From Setoptus koraiensis (taxonomy: Eukaryota > Animalia > Arthropoda): a stretch of 64,000 nt of DNA. The first letter of the stretch is position 1. The number at the start of each line of letters is the position of its first letter. The stretch lies in NCBI GenBank assembly GCA_048013815.1, contig CM106586.1, forward strand, positions 6,138,001 through 6,202,000, in the 5' to 3' direction. The position numbers and the translations under genes are program-made. Shown here in pieces: positions 1 through 10,653 of the stretch. The notes under the pieces were generated by a model. It made no database searches and had not been told where the DNA came from. It was given only the letters and a program-made list of their open reading frames with translations.

Positions 1-35
1 TCTAGGAAACTGTGTACGCGGATGAGAAAGGATGC

Positions 36-2049
36 TCATGACGATTTACTAATTTGCACATTCTTGTCATTGGCCGCCTCTTCCATAGTTTTGACTACAT
101 CTATGTTTAGGTCGTCCGCAACATCTATCAAATCCTCCATGGTCTGTTCATCGTCGTCGTCGTCGTCCTCCTGCTCCTGCTCCCCACTTACAACATCATC
201 AACATCGTTACTCCGTTGATATATTTGAATTTCCGGAGAGCCGATTTCTATGTCGCTGACATCGTCATCGCTGCTCTCGCGTCCGCCGATGTCGGTCTGG
301 TCATCATCATGTTCGCTTTTTTCACCAGAATCAGTGTGACAATCACCAACACCAGAGCCTATGTTCAAAATGTCGTCTATCCGATAGGACTTTTTGTTGT
401 TGACACTTGTCGCTAGAGGCTGATGATGTTCCGATGTCAAATTGACATCATCGTGGCTGCTAATTACTGGCTGGCTTGGTATATTTGGTTTGTGTTGTTG
501 GACATCAGCACCTATTGAACATTTAGATTTTGTTAAGTTGCGCACGTTGTCTGATCTGTTGTCTTGGAATGGTGTGTCGCTCAATGCAGTTGTTGCATCA
601 TTACAATCTCTGTTTGTAAGAGATGAGGCGGCCAAAAATTGCTTTGTCACTTGTTGTGCAGCTGCGGCCATTGCAACAAGATTCATTTGCCAGGCTGGCG
701 GCGATGGCATTAGTAAATTAGCTGATAGATTAGTGGATTGGTCTGGCCGATAAAAGCTCAACTGATTGAGTGTCTGCTTATATGGCAAGGCCGTCATATC
801 TTGTTGATGGTTGATGGCGGCGGTGGTGGTGGTTGTTGTTGTGTATCTGCCACTATCATGGTGAGCGGTGAAATGTTGATTATGGTGCTGGTGAAGAGGG
901 GCTTTATTCAATAATTGTTGTGTGTAGTTGTTCAATTGACAGCATTGATTGTTGGCTGTAGCATGCACTGGTGTAGATCTGTTGATTTTGATTTGTTGAT
1001 GTTGTTGGTCATTGCAATTGCGACATGAGCAGCCAGAAGAAGAGGCAGGTAGCTGGTCAAAGTGCTGATGTAATTGTAACTTCAATTGAATTGCTAATGA
1101 TTGACTCCCTAATGATTGTTGTTGCTGATTGGTTGTTGCGCTCGTGTTGTCCTGTTGACTAGTGGTGGTAGCCATTGACTTAGTGTTAGCCAACTGACTT
1201 GACGTGTTGTGCCGATGGTTGCAGTTAACGGATGTTGCTGTCAGTTGTTGTTTATAGTGATGATAGTTGTCTGAAAGATTAACTGGTCGTGATTGTTGTT
1301 GCATAACTTGGGGCTGTTGCAACACTGTTGTTGTTTGTTTCATTTTCGACGAGTGTGTCACAGATAACTGATTTGCAGCGCCACTATTACTACTGCTACT
1401 ACTTTTACTACTGCCATAATTGTACTGTTGCTGCTGTCTAACTGACTGATCATTGTGCAATTGATTGTGATGATGATGATGATGATGGTGGTGACGACGC
1501 CTAGAGCTAGTGACAGTCAAACTAGAGCCCGAGGCCAAAGAGGTTGCCGAGTGTCCAGTTGAACAGTGCGCCTCATTAGTGGCTCGATGTTGAGATGTTT
1601 GTTGTCGTTGGTTGTTGGTGCTGCTGCCGCTGTTTGACTGGCAACAACTGCCGCTCTGACGATTTGTATTATTATTACTATTCTGATGAGAGGGTCTAAT
1701 TGTTTGATTTACTAGATTGTTGTTGTTATGATGTTGCTGCTGTTGCGATGACGACGACGGCCGAGGTGACGAAACGGGCACCGATGACGACCACGACGAC
1801 GCTAGTTGCAATTGATTATGATGATTGGGCAAATTCAACGACAAACTTCCGTTTCTCAGTATACGATTGATAGACGATATTGATGGTATAACAAAATGAC
1901 TGTACACCGATTTGTCCTGTCTAGATTTGGTGCCTGCTCGGCCTGTTGCCTCATTGACGCTGTTGTTGTTGCCGCTATTGCGACTACTGGTGGCCGAACT
2001 GGCTGAATCTATATATAGACCTGACTGACTTCCGGTGGACCTCTGCTGT

Positions 2050-2084
<35 letters not shown>

Positions 2085-2573
2085 TTGTTGTTGTTGTTGC
2101 TGTTGATAGACGAGTTTTTCGCGACGAAGTAAATCTCGTATCTCCCAGGCAAAAATAGAGGGATTTTCGCGTTTCAATTGTAATATCCTTTGAACGATCT
2201 GCGGTGTGGTCACCTGTTTCGGTTTTGAGCCACCTATAGAGCCTGGCTTAATGGAGCCAGTCTCGTTGAATCTGGTCAGTATCTTACTGACACAGCCGTG
2301 CGAAACTAGCAACTGACGCGATATATCACATGGTCTCACGCCCATTATTGCCAATTCAACAATTCGATGACGCACAGGTATGGGCAATGGGCGCCCATTA
2401 ACGAAAATACCGCCCAACTGATTAATTCCGGCCTGGCCTTTAGTTGCACGATTGTCCATTTATCCAATACAATTGTTTACAATTGTAATAAATTCATTTC
2501 AGTTATTATCATAACGAATTGTCTAAATGTGAACAAAGCAAAACATTGTCGCTGACTTACCTGAGTGTGGCAT
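36..2573 (-). CDS. Poxn: Paired-box transcription factor Pox neuro; exons 2573-2561 and 2437-36 (about 804 aa)
   Basis: Paired domain [19 protein letters not shown]...[40 protein letters not shown], with the Poxn-type extra Q after KPK, and [13 protein letters not shown]. An upstream exon ATG CCA CAC TCA G|gtaagt splices in frame to aag|GC CAG, giving MPHSGQAG, like fly Poxn MPHTGQAG. C-terminal eh1/octapeptide-like SYRIDDIL, an acidic tail, and no homeodomain. Confidence 0.9.
2043..2105 (-). repeat. CAA/CAG repeat encoding 21 Gln inside the Poxn paired domain
   Basis: Read directly; mixed CAA/CAG codons. Confidence 0.9.
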
Positions 2574-5500
2574 GACTGTTCCGTTGACTAGATTAGAGCT
2601 GTATATTTTATTGAGATGGCTTGAAGTTAATCAATATTTGCTTGCCTGTTATTGCACTGCATTTTATATGTCCTCAATCGTTGCCATTCAACTTTTGATG
2701 CCAACTGCCAACTGCGTTTCTTGGTTCCTCTTGCAAGGTGCTTAATTGCTCTTATTTACAATTTACTGACTCTTTCACCAGCAAGTTCAAGTAGTGATTC
2801 TTTGACTCGTTATATCGACGCTGACTCGACGATTCTTGCAAGTAATTTTTAGTTAGTTGATAGCGATGATGATCTTGTTGCGATGGTAGATAGACAGAGA
2901 TGGTTCGCTTGTTTGATTGCGAGCTGCTAGATGCGATATCCGCTTCGTTCCAAATGTTAGTGTGACGCTTCACGCAATTATTGTGGTGCCATGAGGAACT
3001 ATATTATTGAGTAATTGCCTATCCTATAAAAGGCATGAAAAAGAGAGAGGGAGAGCTCATGCGCATTGGTTGCGCCGTGCCCCTGCCATTATCCAGTAAC
3101 AGTGATGGTGGCGTAACTTTGAGCGTCAGGGTCCCCATACGCGAAACACGCACACACACACACACACACACACTCATAACAAAGAGGTAGAATCAGGTCG
3201 GCCAGCCAGCACTACTGTGACTGTTCCATGGGGATCTTTGCGTTTCTCCGTTTACCTAGGACCAGTGTCGAGCGGTAGTGGCGCTGCAGGCTGCTAGCCG
3301 ATGATCATTTGTAAGTGTCAATTAAAACCAATGATGCGATTATAACAAATAATCTCATTGTCGCTCTTATTCTTGTTAGTCGCTAGAATTAACGACGAAA
3401 CAACAACAACAACAACAACAAGTAAAACAACATCGACAACAACGAGTCGAACAACAACAGTAACTGCAACATGTCTGACATTGAGACGCCGACAAACTGA
3501 CCAACTGTCAAACAACTGTCCGCCTGTGGTTTGAATATTGTATGTGATATTGATTGAGTGTTGACCAGCGGACACGACACACAATCTTATGTTACTGGCT
3601 CGTTGTATTGTAACATGTCCAACTAGCAAAGATAGTCGTGTAAATCAGTATCCAATGTTGATGTCATTGGACATTGTTATAATAGTTAGATTATTAGATT
3701 GATCGACTGGTACACACCAGTTGACACCTACGTGGCGCGCTGACTTCTTTCAGCGGCTCACTTTCTCACTCCATTGTTGCATAAAGCTCCTGTTAGCCGG
3801 AGTGTGGTTCCACTTGAACATTATTTACGTATGATCATCATGTTGTCAGCTCCTTTAGCCGCTGACAAGAGCCCAGGAAGTTGGTGCCAATATAACAACA
3901 ATGTATAACAAGCTGCTGCAAACTGTTAGACGACATGAATACATAAGTCAGATGTTTTTGTACTTTTTGTTTAGCGCTGGCATTGCCGTTGAGATTGGCG
4001 GACACAAACAACATACTGTTGTTGATTTAAAAGGTGATCTGATGATCATTATGGGCTCCCGTTCAATTAGTTGCCCGTTGGCCACACCGACAACAGCATT
4101 AATAACGACATCAACAACAGTAACAGCTACAACGACAGCAACAACAACAACAACAACAACGCAACAACAGCAACAACAGCAACAACAGCAACTACAACAC
4201 AACAAAAACGGCCCATTGTATCAACGGAACGACGATTAGAGCCGAGTGTGGCTCATGCGAGATTACACACGAGTTGATTCGAGAGCAGTATTCACACAAC
4301 GATGTCCGCAAGTCATCATTGATTCGTGATGGAAGATGTCACAGTGAAAAATCATCGTCATCGGCAACAATATGTCACAACTGTTTGGGCAAACTGTGGG
4401 TGTGTGTGTGTGTGTGTGCTAGCCGGGTCGGTGGCCAAGGGTGTCGGTGGCACCAGTTACGCATCGTTTGACACCCTCTTTCTCCTATTCTGTTTATCCA
4501 CTATGGATGTGATCGTATGAACAATCATATCCATAGAAAAATTGCTCAAGCAGAAGAATGGAGTAGCGTTGTCGATGATACACAGTCACTATCAATATAT
4601 AGCAGAGATGAGATGCGATGCCGAGATATGGATTCGCCAATGGAGGCAAACAAACAAACAGCATTATTATGGCGCCCCAATGGCGATATATCACAGCAGC
4701 GTAGTATGGCGTTCGTTTGCGCCTTTCGGCCGTTTATTCATTTAGTCATTTCATTTGCCAATTGGTGTGCATTGTGCCCTAGACACTTTATGTGGTGGCT
4801 TCTGTGGGAGCCCAACAGCCATAGAGGGGCCCATGGAGAGTGAGTGGGCCAATTGAAAAAGCATTCAGTCCTGATCAGTTGTCATAGTCTTCATAGTGAG
4901 AAATCAGCGAACCAACGCTGCCATATTAACAATCTATCTCGAGCAATCTGTCAGAGAGATGATTAGATAAACATCTAATCATTAATAGTAACTAGATCAA
5001 GTATAGATTAGTGTAGTGAGAGTAGTGACAATAGTGAGCATAGTCCCCTATAAATTGTCCTTGCCTCTTGTTTGGCCCCTCTCGGTATCTCCATTGCATG
5101 AACGTTTAGCGAACCAGCCATAACCTGGCGCTAGCTTGATATTGTCGCAACGATAGCTTTGTCAAGGACCATAGTTGAGTGAGTGCACAGTTGAAGAGGA
5201 AAAAGAAAATAGTGATAAAATTTGCTACTATATATTTATATATCTATGTTTATATCTATATCTGGCCCCAAGTTGACACCATAAATGTGGCCAACCGAGC
5301 AGCCAGCCAACCAGCCAGCCTGGCCTCCAGTCAGTCAGTCAGCTCGGCATAGTGGCACCAAACGGATGGTGCACGTGTATATCAGCTAATCTCGCAGACA
5401 AAACTGCCAGACAATTCTGCCACGAGCCGCTCTCACACTACAAAAGGATACAGTGAGTGTGTGTGTGAAGTAAATCCCATCCCGGTGACAGTGCCATTGT

Positions 5501-5852
5501 GACACTGGCGCCCCGCTAAGTATGATATATGCACCTAAGAGAGTTGTCTTTGGTTGATATGTCCGATCTTATCTGTATTATATATGATATTATGATATTA
5601 TTTGGTCTTTGTGTCGCTTCACTTGGCTCACTTTTCGCACTTTTTGCACTCTCTGCTCACATCTTCGCACATTCTCTCAGTCCAATTTGTTATCGTTGAT
5701 GCTTCATTGTAATAACTAAATCAGCGCCAGGGTTACATAGGGTGTTGCCGTTGTTACATAACTGTACTTACGCAATCACAACAATTGATTATAGTTCACA
5801 ATGCGCAATACTGCGCCACTTGATGCCACGCACCTCACACATAGCGCAGGTC

Positions 5853-5889
5853 AGTCAGTGTTGCTTGCAAGTTGCAAGCAACACTGACT
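5853..5889. repeat. Perfect 37-bp palindrome (18-bp arms, 1-nt centre)
   Basis: agtcagtgttgcttgcaa-g-ttgcaagcaacactgact; arms are exact reverse complements. Confidence 0.95.
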
Positions 5890-6303
5890 TGCAAGTTGCA
5901 AGTTGCAACATACACAGGGGCACGCCGGTAAAACTGGCCGCTAGGGTGCGCAAATCATGCAACCATTGCACATTTGTGCTGGATCCTCTATCGAGATAAT
6001 TGTTTCAACTCACATTGACTCATGATAATTCATGAGAATCGCAACTCACAATTTGTCAATCGAGTAATGTCGAGGCGCCGCCCTATCGGACTTTCAATGC
6101 ACTCATGGGCCACAAGCGACTTTTGGCGGACCCGATGTGCACAAACAGCTGTCACACGTTCTGTGCACGCGTTGGCGTTGACAACAAACCTATAGCATTT
6201 GTTGTTTTCATTGTTGTATTGCATCGCTATCATCAGCTTATTTTTATTATTGGCCCTTTTAACTCAATTATATTAAAAACCACTTAAAACATCATTCATC
6301 ATA

Positions 6304-6708
6304 ATGGACAAAGCTGTCAGTGAAAGTCAGCGACACTTAGCTGACATTGAAAGGGCCATGGCAATGCTGCATAAGGCGAAAGAGAGGGAGGAGTTAATAC
6401 TTTCACAAAGGAGACAAATTCTGCAGAACGAAATGAAAATTGCTCAAATGGACCAAGAGTTCGGAACTGCAAAACGACAGATAGTTACGCTCAAGGAGGA
6501 GAACAATATAATTAAGGATCAAATGAATAGTAAAATTAGAGAGCTGATGGAAGAGAATGACAGAATGCGAAAAGCGTTAGATAAGGCAGATCACGTTATT
6601 AAGAATATGTGCAGGAAGATTCAAGGCAAACCAATAGTGCACTCGGATGGCACTGTCGTCCACCCCAATGATAGAAATTATTTCCAGAATGACGCTTTTT
6701 TTCGTTGA
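6304..6708 (+). CDS. Uncharacterised 134-aa coiled-coil protein (single exon)
   Basis: ATG start, heptad-like E/K/R/Q/L/M-rich composition, and AATAAA at the stop codon. No family recognised. Confidence 0.65.
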   Translation: MDKAVSESQRHLADIERAMAMLHKAKEREELILSQRRQILQNEMKIAQMDQEFGTAKRQIVTLKEENNIIKDQMNSKIRELMEENDRMRKALDKADHVIKNMCRKIQGKPIVHSDGTVVHPNDRNYFQNDAFFR

Positions 6709-6879
6709 ATAAAAATGTTATTTCAACAACATTTTTTACTGCATGATGCAATTTTTCAATTTTTGCATTTTCAAATTATTTCTTCTTCGCGCGCATCAGC
6801 ATTTCCAGTACATACGGCTTATTGACAAAATGGCACTGCCTATTGCCCGAATGGCAATAAGGGCAATAGGGGCAATAGT

Positions 6880-7015
6880 GGCAATAAGGCAGTGAGGGAG
6901 TGAACGGGAGAACCCAGGAAAGAATGGGAGCGGCGTTCCGGCAGCCTGTCCTGCGGCTTCTCTCCCCACCATTCTCTCCCATGTTCTCCCGTTCACTCCC
7001 CACTGCCTTATTGCC
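6880..7015. repeat. Long inverted repeat, 33-34-bp arms around a ~69-nt spacer (MITE-like or structured RNA)
   Basis: ggcaataaggcagtg(a)gggagtgaacgggagaac at 6880-6913 versus gttctcccgttcactccccactgccttattgcc at 6983-7015; one indel. Confidence 0.8.
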
Positions 7016-7164
7016 CGCACACTACACACGGTACATCAAGCATGACACTCACGTGTTATGTCTATATTACTGGCAACCATCAATGCTAGTAAATATTAAC
7101 TATAATCTTTATTATTTATCTATTATTGAATTCATTTATAATTGAATTAAATTATTATTCAAAC

Positions 7165-10100
7165 ATGGGGCAGATAAGAAAAAAAATCAAAACACTGGAT
7201 ACAAACGGCGGGGTTCCGATCGAGATGGCGTCGAAGCCCTTCATTGAGCTGCAAATTGAGGACATGTTGGTAGAGACTCAAATCAAATCGTTCAAAAGGG
7301 TGGACAATTTCATAGATGAACTCGAGAAAAGGCTCATCAGTATCAAACCAACGACGTCTAAGCTTAACTTTAAAGAAATCGATACTGTTAGGGTCCCCAT
7401 TATTAGACGCATTGCAGGACTGACCTATTCAAAGAAATACAATTTTGTACCCCCGGAAAAATTGGATGTTATTGGTGGATATCCAATTGCTGCAGCACTC
7501 AATTCAGGCTATAATGTAGATCTGGCAGTCAAGGCACCCATTTCATTTTGGAATGGCAAGGATTTCAAAAATCACAAATATCACTACAAGCGTGCTTTTT
7601 ACTTAGGTTATCTGGCCAAAAGTCTGGCCAAATCCAGCTCGTCGGATCTGATTTGTAAATTGGAATTTCGTTACTTCCAAGGCGACTACCTAAAACCTGT
7701 TTTGTTATTAACTCCCAGAGATGAAAAACTTAGACGGGTGGCTACGTTTCAATTATTTGTCTACCCTGCCGAGCACCCAAAATTGAAATTAAGCAATCTC
7801 CATCCCTCTGTTAGCAATGTAGATCCGAATTGGTGGGATAGTGAGACGATGCAATATGAAAAAATCTCAGACGAAACCGGCGAAGAAGAACAAAACATAA
7901 CTCATACTAGCTTGTATAACTCAAGCATAGCGATGGACTATGAGATGATGTCCAATTTAGATCTGCTTATAACTAATACATCGGAAGAACAAAGCATTGT
8001 TGACGCCATCATTCTTATGAAAATTTGGCTCAAACAAAGGGAACTCAAAGATCACTTCGCCTTCATTGTTACAATATTTACCGCTCATCTTCAAACTAAA
8101 CGTTCTATTCATAAAAACATGAGCTGTTATCAAATATTCAAAATCATAATCAAATCACTGATGGAATCTAAATGGGACACAGATGGGTTGAGTTTTTACG
8201 AAGACTCTGCTGGCAAAATGGAATCTTTCAGACCTCACTTTCCTGTAATATTCCTATCACCTTCGGGGTACATGAATTTGTGCTACAATGTGTCTCTAGA
8301 TCTTTACAGGAGACTCAAGCATGAAGCTCAAATCAGCTTCAAACTTCTAGATGAGAATCCCCAAGACTCGTTTGAATATCTTTTTGTTCAGCCCCTGGAT
8401 TTCAATATGAAGTTCGATCTAATTGTACATCTACCGAATTATGCAGCAAACATTCCCGAAACCCTAGAAAATGTCGAATTTAAATTGAATAGTGGTGTAC
8501 ATACCGCACGAATGCATTCGTCCCAGATTCTAAGTTTAGTCGAACGTGCCTTGACAGATAGGATCACATTGGCTCAGACCAACTTGGATCACCTGTTGCT
8601 TACTAAAAAATGGGACTTTAGAGAATTGCCTTTGGATCCATCTCGAAGCAAAAATCTTACTTTTGGACTTTTACTCGACGCAGAAAAATCTCTTAGACAA
8701 ATTGATAAAGGCCCCGATGCCCAATCAGAGGAAGCAGACGAGTTTCGCACATTTTGGGAACCCAAGTGCGAACTGAGGCGCTTTGGAGATGGCTCAATAA
8801 CTGAGACTGTCGTATGGCATGCCAACAAATTTAGCCAGCGTCGTAAGATTATTCAATATGCCTTGCAGCATGTTTTAAAGAAGCACGCCAACATAAGAAA
8901 CTTCACCATACACCACACTCAATTAGAGAGATTTATCAATCTAAGTCATATATCTTTTCAGATTGAACCTGTAGTAGACGAAGAAACTAAACTTGGAACC
9001 GGAGAAGAAACTAAACTTGGAACCGAAGAAGAAACTAAACTTGGAACCGGAGAAGAAACTTTCTTGCAAATTTTGGATGCTTATAATGGTCTCAATAAGA
9101 CTCTTAGATCAGTAGAGGGGCTAAGGCACACTATCAGCACCATTCAACCTTTGAGCGCCTCTCTTAGAGGGTGCAGCACATTTCCACCGCTTCCTGTTGA
9201 CCTTCAACCAAGAAATCTAAAACTGAAATCAAAATCAGGGTGTTACTATTTTCCAAAAAAGTTCTCCAAGATTAATAGAATCTTAGATCTAACACCTATA
9301 GAAATATTGCTTTCCTTGGATGGAGGTGGATCTTGGCCGAATGAGCTTCAAGCCCTACAAGCTTCAAAGATGGACTATCTAGTAAATTTAGCCGAATCAC
9401 TGAAGGAAACTCACAATTTGAAGGTCAAAATTTCTCGAGAATATTTGGATATATTATACTCGCAGTTTGTATTCAGGATTATAATCAAATGTCCTAAAGA
9501 ATTGGTCTTGTTACATCAAGAGAGATCTAACAACCCCGCCATTTTCTCAGAAACACACATGCGTTTAGAAATTATTCCAAGATTGAATGCTGCCTTGGAC
9601 AATCTCCATAGAGAGAAGCCGACATTTGCACTGACATGTAGACTTGTGAAACGCTGGATATCAAGTCAATTGATGTACGGCCAACTAGACGACACAGTGA
9701 TTGACCTACTCGTGGCATACACTTATCTTAACCCTCAGCCATACACAGAACCATCAAGTTCCTTGTGCGGTTTCAAGAGATTCTTGCATCTAATAAGTAC
9801 TCATGATTGGAAGATGTCACCAATTATTGTCAACTTTGACAACAATCTAAAAATTGATGAAATCAAGAAATTAAGAGACAATACCATCAACACTAGAGAA
9901 AAGTATCCACCAATGATAGTTTGCACACCATATGAAAATGTCATGTCCCCTTGGACGAAAGAAAAACCGACTGTTCCAGTGTTGGATCTTTTGGTTCGTT
10001 TGTGCTCGAAGGCACGATTACACTTATGCGACATGACATCTAAACCTATTACTGTAGAAACCACAGAGGAGTTGTCAGCGTTGTTCCGGCCCTCGTTTAA

Positions 10101-10446
10101 AATATTTAATATGCTGATAAAACTTCGGACAGAATGCATTCAGAACTTCTTTTTGAGTGTTGATGCTCCCAGTTATATGTTAGAGGCGGTTGCAAGGAAA
10201 TCTGAGTCCTCCACAAGGAGTATGCCAATCGTTGGATTTAATATTGTTAGAAGATACGTAGAAGAACTTAGAAAGTGTTATGGTAATCTCGCCCTCTTTT
10301 TCTATGATGAGCACGGTCAGAAAAGCATTGGAGTGGTTATGAAGCCTAATTCAGAAAAAGAGCTCTCAGGTGACATCAAGACTCTAATAACTAATTTCAA
10401 AAAGTTAGGTTCCGGTCTTGTTGACAATGTTGTTCTGACGCAGTGA
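7165..10446 (+). CDS. NOL6: Nucleolar protein 6 (Nrap/Utp22), intronless, about 1093 aa
   Basis: Nrap-family motifs: KDFKNHKYHYKRAFYL, GPDAQSEEADEFRTFWEPKCELRRFGDGSITETVVW, LVKRWISSQL, and GF.RFL..I..HDW...PIIVNF. The ORF-track start at 7126 is a TTG; the first ATG is at 7165. Confidence 0.92.
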   Translation: MGQIRKKIKTLDTNGGVPIEMASKPFIELQIEDMLVETQIKSFKRVDNFIDELEKRLISIKPTTSKLNFKEIDTVRVPIIRRIAGLTYSKKYNFVPPEKLDVIGGYPIAAALNSGYNVDLAVKAPISFWNGKDFKNHKYHYKRAFYLGYLAKSLAKSSSSDLICKLEFRYFQGDYLKPVLLLTPRDEKLRRVATFQLFVYPAEHPKLKLSNLHPSVSNVDPNWWDSETMQYEKISDETGEEEQNITHTSLYNSSIAMDYEMMSNLDLLITNTSEEQSIVDAIILMKIWLKQRELKDHFAFIVTIFTAHLQTKRSIHKNMSCYQIFKIIIKSLMESKWDTDGLSFYEDSAGKMESFRPHFPVIFLSPSGYMNLCYNVSLDLYRRLKHEAQISFKLLDENPQDSFEYLFVQPLDFNMKFDLIVHLPNYAANIPETLENVEFKLNSGVHTARMHSSQILSLVERALTDRITLAQTNLDHLLLTKKWDFRELPLDPSRSKNLTFGLLLDAEKSLRQIDKGPDAQSEEADEFRTFWEPKCELRRFGDGSITETVVWHANKFSQRRKIIQYALQHVLKKHANIRNFTIHHTQLERFINLSHISFQIEPVVDEETKLGTGEETKLGTEEETKLGTGEETFLQILDAYNGLNKTLRSVEGLRHTISTIQPLSASLRGCSTFPPLPVDLQPRNLKLKSKSGCYYFPKKFSKINRILDLTPIEILLSLDGGGSWPNELQALQASKMDYLVNLAESLKETHNLKVKISREYLDILYSQFVFRIIIKCPKELVLLHQERSNNPAIFSETHMRLEIIPRLNAALDNLHREKPTFALTCRLVKRWISSQLMYGQLDDTVIDLLVAYTYLNPQPYTEPSSSLCGFKRFLHLISTHDWKMSPIIVNFDNNLKIDEIKKLRDNTINTREKYPPMIVCTPYENVMSPWTKEKPTVPVLDLLVRLCSKARLHLCDMTSKPITVETTEELSALFRPSFKIFNMLIKLRTECIQNFFLSVDAPSYMLEAVARKSESSTRSMPIVGFNIVRRYVEELRKCYGNLALFFYDEHGQKSIGVVMKPNSEKELSGDIKTLITNFKKLGSGLVDNVVLTQ
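8977..9060 (+). repeat. In-frame 24-bp tandem repeat x3.5 in NOL6 (xEETKLGT)
   Basis: g(ac/ga/aa)gaagaaactaaacttggaacc repeated at 8977, 9001 and 9025, partial at 9049. Confidence 0.95.
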
Positions 10447-10653
10447 TTCACATAATAAACTTTACTGTCATAATCATACATAGACTTGTACATGGTGTTT
10501 CTCTAATCATACTGCAAATTCCGACAAGGTGAGCCCCTTTCCTACATACACTCAAATGCAACGGACTATGGCTGAAATTGACTAGAGATATCTAGATAAT
10601 TTATTGATCGGCTATATTTAAGTCCCGTTTCGTTGACTATGGTGAAAAATATT

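Noticed and set aside
1893-2115. Poxn insertion being an unannotated intron
   Set aside because: The nearby GT sites are non-consensus and phase-incompatible with the nearby AG acceptors, and the frame is open throughout.
4274-5110. Short ORFs upstream of Poxn
   Set aside because: No motifs and no consistent splice structure; more likely regulatory or UTR sequence.
7126-7164. ORF-track N-terminal extensions of NOL6, and likewise TIMM10 (48720) and NRF-6 copy 1 (51247)
   Set aside because: They begin at TTG/GTG codons. The first ATG gives the family-typical N-terminus or signal peptide.
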